A stretch of DNA of 64,000 bases from an uncultured Nitrososphaerota archaeon (GCA_964408285.1 CAYOYV010000001.1:1-64000), one strand, 5' to 3'; counted from the stretch's first letter, positions 29,821-40,192 are shown. A program made the numbers and translations. The notes: generated by a model not told the origin, from the sequence alone.

Positions 29821-30609
29821 TCAGAGCGCTTTTTCACATTTGAATATTATCGTGTAAGGAACTCTTTTCCACAGATCGATTGTTCGGACATACCATTCGT
29901 GCAGATATGGTATCTTCCTCCTTTCAGATTTCCCCAACCTATCAATGTGATACGGTTCCGGCTCCAGTATCCTTCTGATGACAAAACCCCTGAGCGTTAG
30001 GAGGTCGAAATAATCCTGAATCGTTCTTTTATGGCCCAAAAACTCAGCCACCCGCTTTCCAGCCCTCCAAATCCATTTGCGGTTTTTGCGGTCGAAATAG
30101 TTCGCCAAGGTCCAACGCCTGGTCTTCCCATACCTCATGACTCTGCCTCGATTGGCAACAGGATGGGAATCGGCGAATACGAATATCCCCCTTTTCCTCA
30201 AGACTCTGTGGATCTCAGCAAATGCCTTGCCAAGATCGTCGACGTATCCCAAGGCAAATGACGAAAGGACAACGTCAAAGCTTCGATCCGCGAACATCCT
30301 CAGATTCTCCATATTGCCCAGGTAGAACCTGACTCTGGCGTGCTCCTTTGTGGCAAGTTTCCTTGCGTGTTCGATCTGTCTTCTGGAGATGTCTAGACCA
30401 ACGACATTGCCCCCCCATTTGCTGAGCACAATGGAGTTCTGTCCTCCCCCACAACCCACTTCCAGAATGTCCTTGGACATCACATCGCCAAGCAATCTAA
30501 GTTCGGATTCTCCCGGGGAGATCGGTCCGTAATGAACATCCTGCAGCGAGATCTTCGTACTCTTCTGATAACTCCTTGATATGATCTCCCAACCTTTCTT
30601 AGCAGACAT
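29821..30609 (-). CDS. Class I SAM-dependent methyltransferase
   Basis: HYGP, ILEVGCGGG, SFDVVLSSFAL, RVLRKRG and SHP motifs. Confidence 0.9.
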   Translation of the reverse strand: MSAKKGWEIISRSYQKSTKISLQDVHYGPISPGESELRLLGDVMSKDILEVGCGGGQNSIVLSKWGGNVVGLDISRRQIEHARKLATKEHARVRFYLGNMENLRMFADRSFDVVLSSFALGYVDDLGKAFAEIHRVLRKRGIFVFADSHPVANRGRVMRYGKTRRWTLANYFDRKNRKWIWRAGKRVAEFLGHKRTIQDYFDLLTLRGFVIRRILEPEPYHIDRLGKSERRKIPYLHEWYVRTIDLWKRVPYTIIFKCEKAL

Positions 30610-30801
30610 GAAACATCCTTCTTAGGAGGCTCTCGGTGTGGCTAAAAAGCCTTGGGAGAATGTGAGACGAACGCGGTGCGCGGTCAAAGAAAGCACGATG
30701 AATGCCATAGTAGGTCGCGCGCCTATCCGCCTCCAAAAAGCGAACGAGACGCCCCCAATCCTTATATGTCAGAATTCCAATCTCGCGGCGAGTCACTTAA
30801 G

Positions 30802-31239
30802 ATGGAAAACCCTCAGACGCTCATCGATTTGGTGAAGAAGCAGATCGAAGTAGAAAAGCGGAGCGCGCAAAAGCTCGCCGAAACCGAGAAGAAGGTAAGC
30901 ACTCCAGCAGCAAAGATCTTCCTGATGGAAATGCGCTTGGATTCGCAGAAGCATATAGGCATACTTAATGAAATACTCAACATCATTGGTCAGAGGGGTC
31001 TCCCGAGGTCGTCATGGGAATATGTATTGCACGAATACACTGATGCCGTGAATATGCAGAGGGAACTTGGGGACCACCTTAAGATTGAAGACGAAATGAT
31101 GGCCCATGTGAAAGAGGAATCCGTTCACACCAAGGATGAAGGAATAAAGCTCCTATTGCAGCACATTGCTGACGATGAGGAGAAGCATCACGAGATACTG
31201 AAAACAATACTCCGCCGTTCATATGAGATCAATCGATAA
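30802..31239 (+). CDS. Ferritin-like / rubrerythrin-type di-iron domain protein
   Basis: Repeated E...DSQKH and E...DEEKHH helices; start refined to ATG 30802. Confidence 0.8.
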   Translation: MENPQTLIDLVKKQIEVEKRSAQKLAETEKKVSTPAAKIFLMEMRLDSQKHIGILNEILNIIGQRGLPRSSWEYVLHEYTDAVNMQRELGDHLKIEDEMMAHVKEESVHTKDEGIKLLLQHIADDEEKHHEILKTILRRSYEINR

Positions 31240-31434
31240 GGTAGCTCTCCGACCTCCTGATGGTCCAAGCTGATTGAAGACCTAAATAGAAATCGGTTCA
31301 ATCTTCCGAGGAGAAAGCAAACGTCCAACGGGGCAGAGAGCCTGCTATGGAAACTCGGTGGAGTTGTATGCTTCATATTTGCAAGCTTATTGCTTTCGGA
31401 ACTCGTATTCCAATTTGGCACATACGCGCGGGGT

Positions 31435-31929
31435 ATGATGGAGTATCTGGTCTTCCTCGCCCTGACGATTCTGTTGTACTCGCTCTCGATGATCGGCATC
31501 TTCGGTGGCAGATTCGGTGCACTACCCTATACAATATGCGGATTATCTTTCTTCATCACGGTCGTGTTCGAATGGACTGACATTGCGATTGCATATCAGG
31601 AATACCCGGACCTAGTATCTGCCATGGCCTCCTTTGTGTTGTTCTCAGTCTTCTTGTACCCGTCTTACGAATTCCTCAGGAGGGGCTATCTAGTCGGAAT
31701 CTCAGAGTCGGTCTTGATGAAGTGGAAAAGCCGTGCCGTTCTGACCCGAAATGACATAAACAAGATCCTCACCGAGATATTGAAAGATCGAAGCAATCTG
31801 CCTCTTCTTCATACTCTCTTTCTTCTCTTTGGCACAGCGAGTCCGTCGCCCCATGAAATAGTCAAACTCCTCGTAGGGGAGGGTCGTATTCGGCGAATCA
31901 CTGAGGATCAATTCGAACGCGTGAAATGA
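31435..31929 (+). CDS. Hypothetical membrane protein with possible C-terminal winged helix
   Basis: Three TM helices, then a soluble tail ending IVKLLVGEGRIRRI; start uncertain (TTG 31390 or ATG 31435). Confidence 0.6.
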   Translation: MMEYLVFLALTILLYSLSMIGIFGGRFGALPYTICGLSFFITVVFEWTDIAIAYQEYPDLVSAMASFVLFSVFLYPSYEFLRRGYLVGISESVLMKWKSRAVLTRNDINKILTEILKDRSNLPLLHTLFLLFGTASPSPHEIVKLLVGEGRIRRITEDQFERVK

Positions 31930-32100
31930 GATATCAATTCCGCATATATCATCTCATCGCCTTAACGTGTAACACAGCGAAACGAAAAGACCCCGAATGA
32001 CTCTCAGAGCACGATACCCACGCCATAACATACCAGCCAGGGAGAAGATCGGGAAGCGAATGGCTTAAATCAGTGTTGTAAATCTCCTTGGAGGTCGAGA

Positions 32101-32964
32101 ATGAGCAATTTCTCAGTGAACAGGAAGGGCCTGAGCGTCACTGCCATAATCGTAATCATAGCCATAATAGCCATAGTGGTCATGTCCGCCGGCTCATTCG
32201 TGGTCTCGTTGTTGGCAGATTGGCTTCCTAGCTACTTCCCTATGCCACCGGGTACCAGGATAACGGGTTCCGGAACGCTTGTCACTAGAGAAATGGCTTT
32301 CAGCGGATTCAGGGTGGTCGAGATAGGGAGCACATTCGAAGTTGAGATAACTAGAGCCGATTCCTATTACGTCAGCGTAACCGCCGATGACAACCTCTTC
32401 GATTATGTTGACATCTCCAAAATGGGCGATACCTTGGTCCTGGATCTGAAGCAAGGCTACAGCTATTCATCGATAACTGTGAGAGCAAGAATCAAGATGC
32501 CTGAGCTCAACGAACTGATACTATCAGGGGCGACGCGGGCCTACGTTGAGGATTTTGGTTCTTCGAATAGGTTGATCGTCAGCCTATCTGGAGCCAGCTC
32601 TCTGGATATGGAAGATATGTCAGTCGGAGGACTGGAGATTGGCGTTTCGGGTGCAAGCATTGCCCGAGGAGATGTCGTGAGCAGCGGAGATGTCAAGTTG
32701 ACCTTGTCTGGGGCCAGTAGGAGTGAGCTTAGCGGCAGGGGCAGGAATCTTGTGTTGAGTGTTTCTGGAGCCAGTGATGCAAAGCTGTCTCGGTTCTCAG
32801 TTCACGATGCATACGTCAAGCTCAGCGGGGTTAGTAACGCATCAATAGATCTTGATGGCAGACTAGATGCGAACCTCAGCGGTGGCTCAGGACTGACCTA
32901 CAGCGGAACTGCAACTCTCGGAGAGATCGAGATCTCCAGCGGTTCAACGATCAAGCGAGGATAA
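32101..32964 (+). CDS. DUF2807 / GIN-domain putative adhesin (beta-solenoid)
   Basis: ITGSG..VT, and repeated LSGAS/VSGAS units; N-terminal RKG plus hydrophobic helix; GGAGG SD. Confidence 0.85.
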   Translation: MSNFSVNRKGLSVTAIIVIIAIIAIVVMSAGSFVVSLLADWLPSYFPMPPGTRITGSGTLVTREMAFSGFRVVEIGSTFEVEITRADSYYVSVTADDNLFDYVDISKMGDTLVLDLKQGYSYSSITVRARIKMPELNELILSGATRAYVEDFGSSNRLIVSLSGASSLDMEDMSVGGLEIGVSGASIARGDVVSSGDVKLTLSGASRSELSGRGRNLVLSVSGASDAKLSRFSVHDAYVKLSGVSNASIDLDGRLDANLSGGSGLTYSGTATLGEIEISSGSTIKRG

Positions 32965-33166
32965 CTCAATAAGCTTTAGCCTGAGTCATCTTTCTGAGGT
33001 TCTCGAATCCTCCAAATCGTACTTATGATGGGTTTGCGTTCACTTGCCCGGTGACTGCTCCGCGGGCGGCTCAATTAGATGGCTGACTCTTCCGTTCTAG
33101 AAGCAGAAATCGCTTACAAGCCGGCAAACCTTATTGCATGCTATCTAGATATATGTCCAATTCCAT

Positions 33167-33478
33167 ATGTATGCAATCGTGGAGGGTCTGATTGATCGTC
33201 TCCTGATTTTGCATCAGGTAACTCTCCTTCTTTTCCTGCCGGTTTGATTGGAGTTGTATCGTCCATTCTGTGATTCTTGCGCAAGTTAGATAGACATGCC
33301 TCCTCAAATCGCTTTCTTCCTGTCTCCATTCTGTTGCCAGCGCGGAAGGAGGAATCTACTATGGTACCATGTGTCCGCTCGTTGCTTGCTCAGGACTATC
33401 CTGGCTTCGAAGTCCTTGCATTGTACGATGGCGACATAGAAGATGGAACAGGTAACCTTTTGCACGCCCTTGCAGACA
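33167..33478 (+). pseudogene. Degraded GT2 glycosyltransferase fragment
   Basis: VSILLPARKEE..VPCVRSLLAQDYPGFEVLALYDGDIEDGT is a decayed GT2 N-terminus. The upstream TM part is interrupted by stops and a frameshift, and there is no C-terminal half. Confidence 0.7.
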
Positions 33479-33547
33479 TTATGTTCAAACCTTCAAAGAA
33501 GGTATCTTCAGGTTGTTGCTTTCAAGACTGACTATTCTCTATCTTCG

Positions 33548-34357
33548 CTATATTATTCGTACTTCCTCCATTCCGACGCCTCTCATCTTGCTTAGGAGAT
33601 ACACATCAATGAGTATGAGGGCTATTAGCCATCCGACTAGCGACACCGAGGCAAGGTTAACGTCCACCAAAGTATTGGCGCCAGGCATGAAGAACCCCCC
33701 CGTTGGGGGAATGTCTCCCGAATAGTAGTAATAGCAAAGTGAAGTTATGCAATTGAACGGGGAGACATATACCGCACTCCCGAAATTGATCCAGAGACTA
33801 ATATAGGGCAGGAAACCGAGGACGAGCGGAACGAAAGAAATGAAGGAGGCGGCCCTAGGCGCCCTCAGGTAGACCAGAAGGAGGCTCAGAAATAGCGAGA
33901 GCAAATATTCGAACAGAGCTGCCAAAAGTATGATCAGCGAGAGCCCTATTGGAGCTTTGGGCAATGGCGTCAGCCCGAACTTGCTTGAGAAAACGCCTAG
34001 CAGTGATACGAACATTACGCCTGAGATGACGAGCAATGCAAGCACGGAGGACAAGAGATTCTCCGCAAGAAAGCGAGAAGGTGAAAGCTTCGTGTATTTC
34101 GTTATATACCGAACGGACTTCGATGCGTACAGGATGGTCATGGCTATTCCAGAGGCAGCAGACGAGATGGACAGTATGACAATCGGCCCGAATGCAGTTG
34201 CACAATAACCCAGTACCGCGGCTTCGACGTTCGGTATCCCCGTCCCGAATACATACACCCACATGAACACCCAGAATTCGACGAAAGCTATTGACCAAAA
34301 AAGTAGGTAGGGATTGGTCAGCAAAGACCTCAGATTCATCCACAGGTATTTCGTCAT
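33548..34357 (-). CDS. ABC-2-type exporter permease
   Basis: Six TM helices; 4-nt overlap with the upstream ATPase gene. Confidence 0.7.
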   Translation of the reverse strand: MTKYLWMNLRSLLTNPYLLFWSIAFVEFWVFMWVYVFGTGIPNVEAAVLGYCATAFGPIVILSISSAASGIAMTILYASKSVRYITKYTKLSPSRFLAENLLSSVLALLVISGVMFVSLLGVFSSKFGLTPLPKAPIGLSLIILLAALFEYLLSLFLSLLLVYLRAPRAASFISFVPLVLGFLPYISLWINFGSAVYVSPFNCITSLCYYYYSGDIPPTGGFFMPGANTLVDVNLASVSLVGWLIALILIDVYLLSKMRGVGMEEVRII

Positions 34358-35175
34358 TTCATCTCACTTTCAGCAAGCTCATATATCCTATCAAGGTTCT
34401 CCAAGCTCGTCAAGAGAGGTCTATTCCCAATTCCTTTGCAGATGCTTACAGGCTTCCCCGAGACCCTGAAATTGAGGACTGCATCCGGCTCCTCGGAGAA
34501 GGATATTTCAGCCTTCAGCAAATCATTGACTGAAACTGGCCCGTACATCAGCCCCTCGAACATGAAGAACACCAGCCAATCCTGCAAGCTTCTCAGTAAC
34601 CAAGTCTCATGAGTATTCAGTATGACCAGGCCTCTGTAGCTGTCCAAGTGCTTAGTCAACTTTCCCTTCTTCGCTGGATCCAATTGCTCAAATGGTTCAT
34701 CAAGCAGTACGTGATTTGCCTTGGATGCCAATGCCATTGCGGTACAGACGATTTTCCTTTGACCGGCTGACAGCTCATTTATTCTTCTTTTCTTTAGAAA
34801 ATCGCGTTCCAGGCCCAGATCCCTTGATATGTCATATGCCACGCCGGCATCGCCATCGACCAAGTCCATATATAGTGAGATCAGATTCTGGCAATCAGTC
34901 ATCAGGAGAGTATAGACCTCTTCGAAGTTTGCCGAGACTAATCCGATCGTGGCGTATATGTCCCCCATTTTCTTGCCATCGATCAGGATCTCCCCCGAGG
35001 AGACATTGGTCAGACCACATATCGCCCTGAAGAGCGTGGTCTTCCCTGAACCGTTCGGTCCTAAGATCAACGATTTCTGGTCCAATGCCGTGTTGATCCC
35101 CTTCAGAACTGGCTCCTGATGCCTCCCATAGTCGACTTGGAGACGGCTTATTGCTATCATTAGCCATTGGAGCAC
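34354..35175 (-). CDS. ABC transporter ATP-binding protein
   Basis: GPNGSGKTT, LSAGQRK, VLLDEPF and NTH motifs; start may be ATG 35160. Confidence 0.9.
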   Translation of the reverse strand: MLQWLMIAISRLQVDYGRHQEPVLKGINTALDQKSLILGPNGSGKTTLFRAICGLTNVSSGEILIDGKKMGDIYATIGLVSANFEEVYTLLMTDCQNLISLYMDLVDGDAGVAYDISRDLGLERDFLKKRRINELSAGQRKIVCTAMALASKANHVLLDEPFEQLDPAKKGKLTKHLDSYRGLVILNTHETWLLRSLQDWLVFFMFEGLMYGPVSVNDLLKAEISFSEEPDAVLNFRVSGKPVSICKGIGNRPLLTSLENLDRIYELAESEMK

Positions 35176-35239
35176 CGGTGTGGCTTATATCTGTTGTAGG
35201 GATTGCAGCGTTAATCTGGCTCAAGGAAGCCGACCAAGG

Positions 35240-36076
35240 TCAAGAGGAGATATCCTTGATGTACAATTTTCCGATCTCTGGCACGATGATTTCAGCCTTG
35301 AGTATGAATTTGACCTGAACGAGAAACGCATTGTATTGATCGCTATTTCCGTGGAACAGAACAACCATCTTTGAACGAAGGTCAAGAGCCATCTTTGCTG
35401 CGTCATCAGGACTGGCTGTCGGCGAGGCACCTCCGACAGGAAGAAACGCTACGTCCGCAGGACCGAGAAGTGCAACTTGAGGTGTATATCCGGAATCGCC
35501 CCCGTGAAAAACCCTAAGGCCATCGGCTTCAAATGCCACTAGTGTGATATTGCTCCCATGGATCCCGGGAACGGTTCTCAGAATGATATCGCCTCCTGCG
35601 AGGCTCACCCTGAATACCTCTCCTCCCTTCATCTTGATCAACTTGGAAGAAGGAATCTTGCCGCTCAGTGAATCGTAAACTGATGATTCGGCAAAGACGA
35701 GGCACTTTGTTGCTTCATAGATCTTCTGAGCAACGTCTATGTTGAAATGATCAGAATGGACATGAGTGTAAACAAGTAGATCCAATTTCGAAATGTCCGA
35801 GATCTGGCCGCTCGAGAGCATGCCTCCGACGTCAATCGCCGCAACAAGATTCCTCGTCCTCAGTAATATGCCGCTCGAGCCGAGATAGACAAAGCCGACC
35901 TGAAAAAGGGACAGCTGAGCTGAGCATAGCTTTGCGATATCAGACTCTGGCTTGCGAGACATGACATACAAGACGCCGCCAATGACTGCCAAGATCACGA
36001 ATGCGGCAGCTATGATGATGAGCTTCGAGAATCGCAATTTGAGATCGCATCCAATGGCCAGACAGGATTTAAGCAA
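35240..36076 (-). CDS. Membrane-anchored MBL-fold metallo-hydrolase
   Basis: THVHSDH, FHGGDS and FLPVGG motifs; N-terminal TM helix; start uncertain. Confidence 0.85.
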   Translation of the reverse strand: MLKSCLAIGCDLKLRFSKLIIIAAAFVILAVIGGVLYVMSRKPESDIAKLCSAQLSLFQVGFVYLGSSGILLRTRNLVAAIDVGGMLSSGQISDISKLDLLVYTHVHSDHFNIDVAQKIYEATKCLVFAESSVYDSLSGKIPSSKLIKMKGGEVFRVSLAGGDIILRTVPGIHGSNITLVAFEADGLRVFHGGDSGYTPQVALLGPADVAFLPVGGASPTASPDDAAKMALDLRSKMVVLFHGNSDQYNAFLVQVKFILKAEIIVPEIGKLYIKDISS

Positions 36077-36102
36077 TTACCTGAATCGTATGTCTTCTTA
36101 TG

Positions 36103-36636
36103 CTAGAGCTCGAGGTACATCCTAACCATGCCGAAGTAGCCATCTCTCGTTGAGGACATCTTCGGTATAACTCCCGCAATCTTGAATCCGGCTTTCTCGT
36201 AAACATGTCTAGCCCTTTCATTCCTGTCTACAACATCCAGCACGATCAACTTGAGGCCTGCTTTCCTCGATTCCTCAATGAGAAGCCCGATCAGCTTAGT
36301 CCCTATGCCGAGGTTTCTGTAGTCCCTTGCGATGGATATCCCAAGCAATCCCACATGGCTTTCGCTCCCACTGCCTTTTGCTACTTCAGAGTTCCCGACA
36401 GCCTTGCCATCGACTTCGACGACAATCCCTATCACCCGTCCCTTCTCGACATTCGTAAGGTATCTGGCGAGCCATTCGACTTCTTCATCTCTAGTGACCT
36501 TCTGATTCCTGATTATGTCGGCTCCTTCTTCAACGAGTGAGTTGATCAGTTCCAAGAAATCGTCAAGATCCTCCCACCTGGGGGTTCTGAAGACTACCCT
36601 TCTCCCCTTCTTCGATGGGAATTCCATGTAGCGCAT
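36103..36636 (-). CDS. GNAT family N-acetyltransferase
   Basis: YRNLGIG and NERARHVYEKAGF motifs. Confidence 0.9.
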   Translation of the reverse strand: MRYMEFPSKKGRRVVFRTPRWEDLDDFLELINSLVEEGADIIRNQKVTRDEEVEWLARYLTNVEKGRVIGIVVEVDGKAVGNSEVAKGSGSESHVGLLGISIARDYRNLGIGTKLIGLLIEESRKAGLKLIVLDVVDRNERARHVYEKAGFKIAGVIPKMSSTRDGYFGMVRMYLEL

Positions 36637-36886
36637 CCTTGGAGCACATGCTAGATTGCACTGCCGATTTAAATCTCAATCCGTCCATTCCCCCAATTGC
36701 TCGGCAGATTCAGTCTCATGTCGGAATACTCCGCGATTTTACGGGACCTTTCACCGGGGGATTCTGACGCATCACGCGCGATGACCGAACTTGACCCTCA
36801 TATCTGGGAATCAAGGCGCGAAAGTAACAGAAAGACATTTTGGGTTCACCGAGAGATAGTTGCGGGCTTGGAGGATTGAGGCAGCC

Positions 36887-37879
36887 ATGGTTGTGAACGG
36901 AAGAGATGTTCCCGGTTTCGATTTTCATGGGCTCCTGTCAGTCCAGTACATCCTATCGAATAGGAGATTCAGGAAGATTATCTTGGAGCCGCCCGATTTC
37001 AATCCTGGGTCTTGGAGAGGCGCTGGGAAAGTACTCCTTGACACTGATGATGGAAGCTTCTGGTTGACCACTAGGCCCCGAAAGGCTCATCCGATTAGGG
37101 GGTATGCTGTCGAGATATATCGATCAGAGGACGGGGAGAATTTCAGCCTAAAGTCAGAACTAGCAAGGGAGTCAGTTGGGTCGATAGCCAACTTGACAGT
37201 CAACAGCATCGAGGGTCAACAGCTCCTAAGGGATCCCTTGACGGGCAAGTACCATTTGTACCTCTCAGTGGATACGCCGCCCCGGGGCTGGGAGACCCTC
37301 CTGCTGAGGAGTGAGGATCCCACAGGGCCTTGGAATGCCGAAGGAGTTGTTCTAAGCCGAGATGCGGCATACGATTCATTGGAGGCGAGGGATGCAACCA
37401 TAGACCTGATCGATGGTCGATATTTCGCGATGTACAAGGCGAATGACGGGAGAAGCGTCAGAATGGCTCTTGCAATCAGCCGCGATGGCATAGTATGGGA
37501 GAAGCATGGAGTTCTGAAGCTAGACGGCATGCCCCAACCTGATTACCTCTTACTCTGTGGCAAGATCTTCCCAGGCACCAGGGGCCCCGTTTTCATCGGA
37601 TCTGAAGGAAAGACTGTCATAGAATCTGCTTCAGTGACGGATACATTGACATCCTATAGACTTGACTACCCGAACCTCAACCTCGAAAGGCTATTCTCAG
37701 GCCGTTGGGAGCCTCTCTCTCCATTCGAGAGGAATGATTACCCGATCCACAGCTACGTCGACATGGTATATGATACATCCAGAGAAAGATTGCTCATATA
37801 TATCGAGGCCATAGACCCTGGGGGCCTGGGATTGAATAAGGAAGTGGACAGAGTACTGCTATACGAAGTGCCTGTCTGA
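36887..37879 (+). CDS. Glycosidase-like beta-propeller protein (GH32/GH43/GH130-like fold)
   Basis: WRGAG, SEDGENF, SEDPTGPW, ARD and SRDGIVW blade-like motifs; start refined to ATG 36887. Confidence 0.6.
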   Translation: MVVNGRDVPGFDFHGLLSVQYILSNRRFRKIILEPPDFNPGSWRGAGKVLLDTDDGSFWLTTRPRKAHPIRGYAVEIYRSEDGENFSLKSELARESVGSIANLTVNSIEGQQLLRDPLTGKYHLYLSVDTPPRGWETLLLRSEDPTGPWNAEGVVLSRDAAYDSLEARDATIDLIDGRYFAMYKANDGRSVRMALAISRDGIVWEKHGVLKLDGMPQPDYLLLCGKIFPGTRGPVFIGSEGKTVIESASVTDTLTSYRLDYPNLNLERLFSGRWEPLSPFERNDYPIHSYVDMVYDTSRERLLIYIEAIDPGGLGLNKEVDRVLLYEVPV

Positions 37880-37913
37880 GTTGTCACGCGCGCGAGCGAT
37901 AGGGCTCCAGTCA

Positions 37914-38132
37914 TCAAACCCGTTTCGACCAAGCATCCTTCAGCTCTAGGGCAAAGGCGTCTTCGTCTTTTTCTATTCTCTTTTTCACTTCCTTCCAAGC
38001 GGCCGGACAGTTTTTGTATCTCTTTCTAACAATCCTGTGGATGACCTTGTCTAGCTCCTTCTTGTTGTCACCCGTCACTTCCACGCGTGCTTTGGCGAAC
38101 AAGCTTTGGAGATGCCTAAAATAGCAGGTCAA
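37914..38132 (-). CDS. Small conserved hypothetical protein
   Basis: TTG start; CYFRH and YKNCPAAWKEVK patterns; protein-like composition. Confidence 0.65.
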   Translation of the reverse strand: MTCYFRHLQSLFAKARVEVTGDNKKELDKVIHRIVRKRYKNCPAAWKEVKKRIEKDEDAFALELKDAWSKRV

Positions 38133-38247
38133 TGAGACTCACCTTGTAGAATGAGAGCCAGACGCCCTTCTTAACGATATCGTGTTGCGCGCGCGGTCGG
38201 CAATTCCTTTTATAATCGGCCTTGACCGGCTGTTTCGAACCTTCACG

Positions 38248-39153
38248 ATGAGGGTGAATCTCGCTTGGCTGTATGCGATAACCAAGTATGGATATCCTCC
38301 TTCGTTGTCAAATACATATAACGCGATAGACGATGCAACCAGACTTGGATTCGAGGCGATAGAGCTTGAGGTCTGTAGGGAGCAGAATCTGATTGAGCTG
38401 GAACAGAACAAGGAGAAGTTGAAGAACTACCTCGAGACAAAGCATCTGAAAACTGTCAACGTAGCGGCGATCTTTCCGGAGCTTCTCTCAGGGGATGACA
38501 AATCGAGGGACAAGGGCCTTCGTCTCTTTGCGAGAACAACTGAGCTTGCAAGCTTCTTTGGAGCGCCACTAACGCAGACGGACACCTTCACGCCTCCAGT
38601 TGAATACATCGGAGCTCGACCCTACAGCACGACGATAGCATTTGCTGAAAGATACCGGGTAAGGATACCTTCGGGCTTTTCTTGGAATTCATACTGGAAG
38701 AGAATAGTGGATATCCTGTCCAGATGCGCGGTTATGGCTGATGAACGCCACCTGAAGTTTGCAATCGAGCCCCGTGTGGGAGAGAACGTAAGCAACTCAG
38801 ATCTCATGCTCAGACTGATCGATGAGATAGGAATGGAGAACTTCGGCGCCGTACTTGATGCTGGGCATCTTCACGCACAAAAGGAACTTCTACCCATCTC
38901 AATAGAGAAGCTCAACACGAAGATCCTCTATGTTCATGTATCGGACAATGATGGAAGGGACAATTATCATCGCGCTCCAGGAAAGGGCACCATAGACTGG
39001 GAAGCAGTATTTGAAGGGCTGAGAAAATACGATTTCAAGGGGCATATTGCAGTAGATGTAGGAGGAAAGGACATCGAGGACAGACTTGATCAGGAGGTCC
39101 TTCAAGCGAAAGGCTTCGTCGAGCGGATGGGAAAGAAGTACAGTCTATGGTAG
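38248..39153 (+). CDS. Sugar phosphate isomerase/epimerase (TIM barrel)
   Basis: GFEAIELE, AIEP, LDAGH and VHVSDNDG...H..PGKGTIDW motifs; start refined to ATG 38248. Confidence 0.88.
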   Translation: MRVNLAWLYAITKYGYPPSLSNTYNAIDDATRLGFEAIELEVCREQNLIELEQNKEKLKNYLETKHLKTVNVAAIFPELLSGDDKSRDKGLRLFARTTELASFFGAPLTQTDTFTPPVEYIGARPYSTTIAFAERYRVRIPSGFSWNSYWKRIVDILSRCAVMADERHLKFAIEPRVGENVSNSDLMLRLIDEIGMENFGAVLDAGHLHAQKELLPISIEKLNTKILYVHVSDNDGRDNYHRAPGKGTIDWEAVFEGLRKYDFKGHIAVDVGGKDIEDRLDQEVLQAKGFVERMGKKYSLW

Positions 39154-39211
39154 ATAGGCAATTGATGGGAGTGCTTCGAAGAAAACGCGCCGGAGATGAT
39201 GTCTCAGGGAG

Positions 39212-40177
39212 ATGAAAGCCACCGCGACAGCACATCCGATTCAAGGCCTGATTAAGTACCATGGGCTAAGTGACCCAATCCTGAGAATTCCCTTCCATGA
39301 CAGCATATCAGTCTGTGCGGGTGCTTTGGTTACAACTACCACCGTCGAAACAGATCCGGAGATCGGCGATGATTCGATTGTGGTAAACGGAAGGCAGATG
39401 CTTGGGAGAGACAGAGAACGCGCGGAAATTGTCTTGGGCAAACTCAGATCGATGGCTGGATATTCTGGCCACCTCAAGGTTATGTCGATGAACAGCATTC
39501 GCGAAGGCAAGGGGCTCGGCTTTTCTGCATCTGGATTTGCCGCACTCGGTCTGAGTGCATCGGCGGCCCTCGGCATTGACCTCGATGAAGTGTCCCTATC
39601 CGAGGTGGTCAGATTGGGCGCGGGTTCTGCAACGAGAAGTCTTTCTGGCGCTTTTTCGATATGGTATGCGAACAAAGATGGCAAGTCGTATGCGGAGCAA
39701 ATTGCCAAAGGCGAGGGACTGGATCTGTTGATGATCATCGTGCCAATCCCATCGTCGATTAGAACTGATGAAGCTCATATCGAGGTGCTTAGCTCTCCCC
39801 TTTTCGATGCGAGGCTCAAGCGCGTTCCCGACATGATTGAATCGATGAGAAAATCAATAGCGATGCGCGATATTCCGGCCATTGCAGGGCTTGCCGAGGA
39901 AGACTCGCTAAATCTTCATGCCATAACAATGACTGGAAAATCACACATGGTCCTCTGGGAGCCGGAGACAGTAGGTGTCATCAAGGAGGTCATCAGAATG
40001 CGTGAGGAAGGGATACCCGCTTGGTACTCAATTGACACAGGACCTTCAGTCTTCGTGAACACCTTGAAGCATCGGGCCCAAGAAGTGCAAAGCAGACTCA
40101 TGGAGAAAGTCTCGGGAGAAACGATCCTCAGTGACGTGGGAGATGGGGCCACCCTAGGTGGAAGCCCACTTTTCTGA
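39212..40177 (+). CDS. mvaD: Phosphomevalonate decarboxylase (haloarchaeal-type MvaD, GHMP family)
   Basis: MKATATAHPIQGLIKYHG...PFHDSISVC, GLGFSASGFAA, RLGAGSATRS and SIDTGPSV motifs. Confidence 0.9.
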   Translation: MKATATAHPIQGLIKYHGLSDPILRIPFHDSISVCAGALVTTTTVETDPEIGDDSIVVNGRQMLGRDRERAEIVLGKLRSMAGYSGHLKVMSMNSIREGKGLGFSASGFAALGLSASAALGIDLDEVSLSEVVRLGAGSATRSLSGAFSIWYANKDGKSYAEQIAKGEGLDLLMIIVPIPSSIRTDEAHIEVLSSPLFDARLKRVPDMIESMRKSIAMRDIPAIAGLAEEDSLNLHAITMTGKSHMVLWEPETVGVIKEVIRMREEGIPAWYSIDTGPSVFVNTLKHRAQEVQSRLMEKVSGETILSDVGDGATLGGSPLF

Positions 40178-40192
40178 GCTTGGCCATTCCGA

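Noticed and set aside
32500-32960. Repeated TCTGGAGCCAG-like segments
   Set aside because: Explained by the protein-level SGAS repeats of DUF2807; not a CRISPR array or DNA repeat element.
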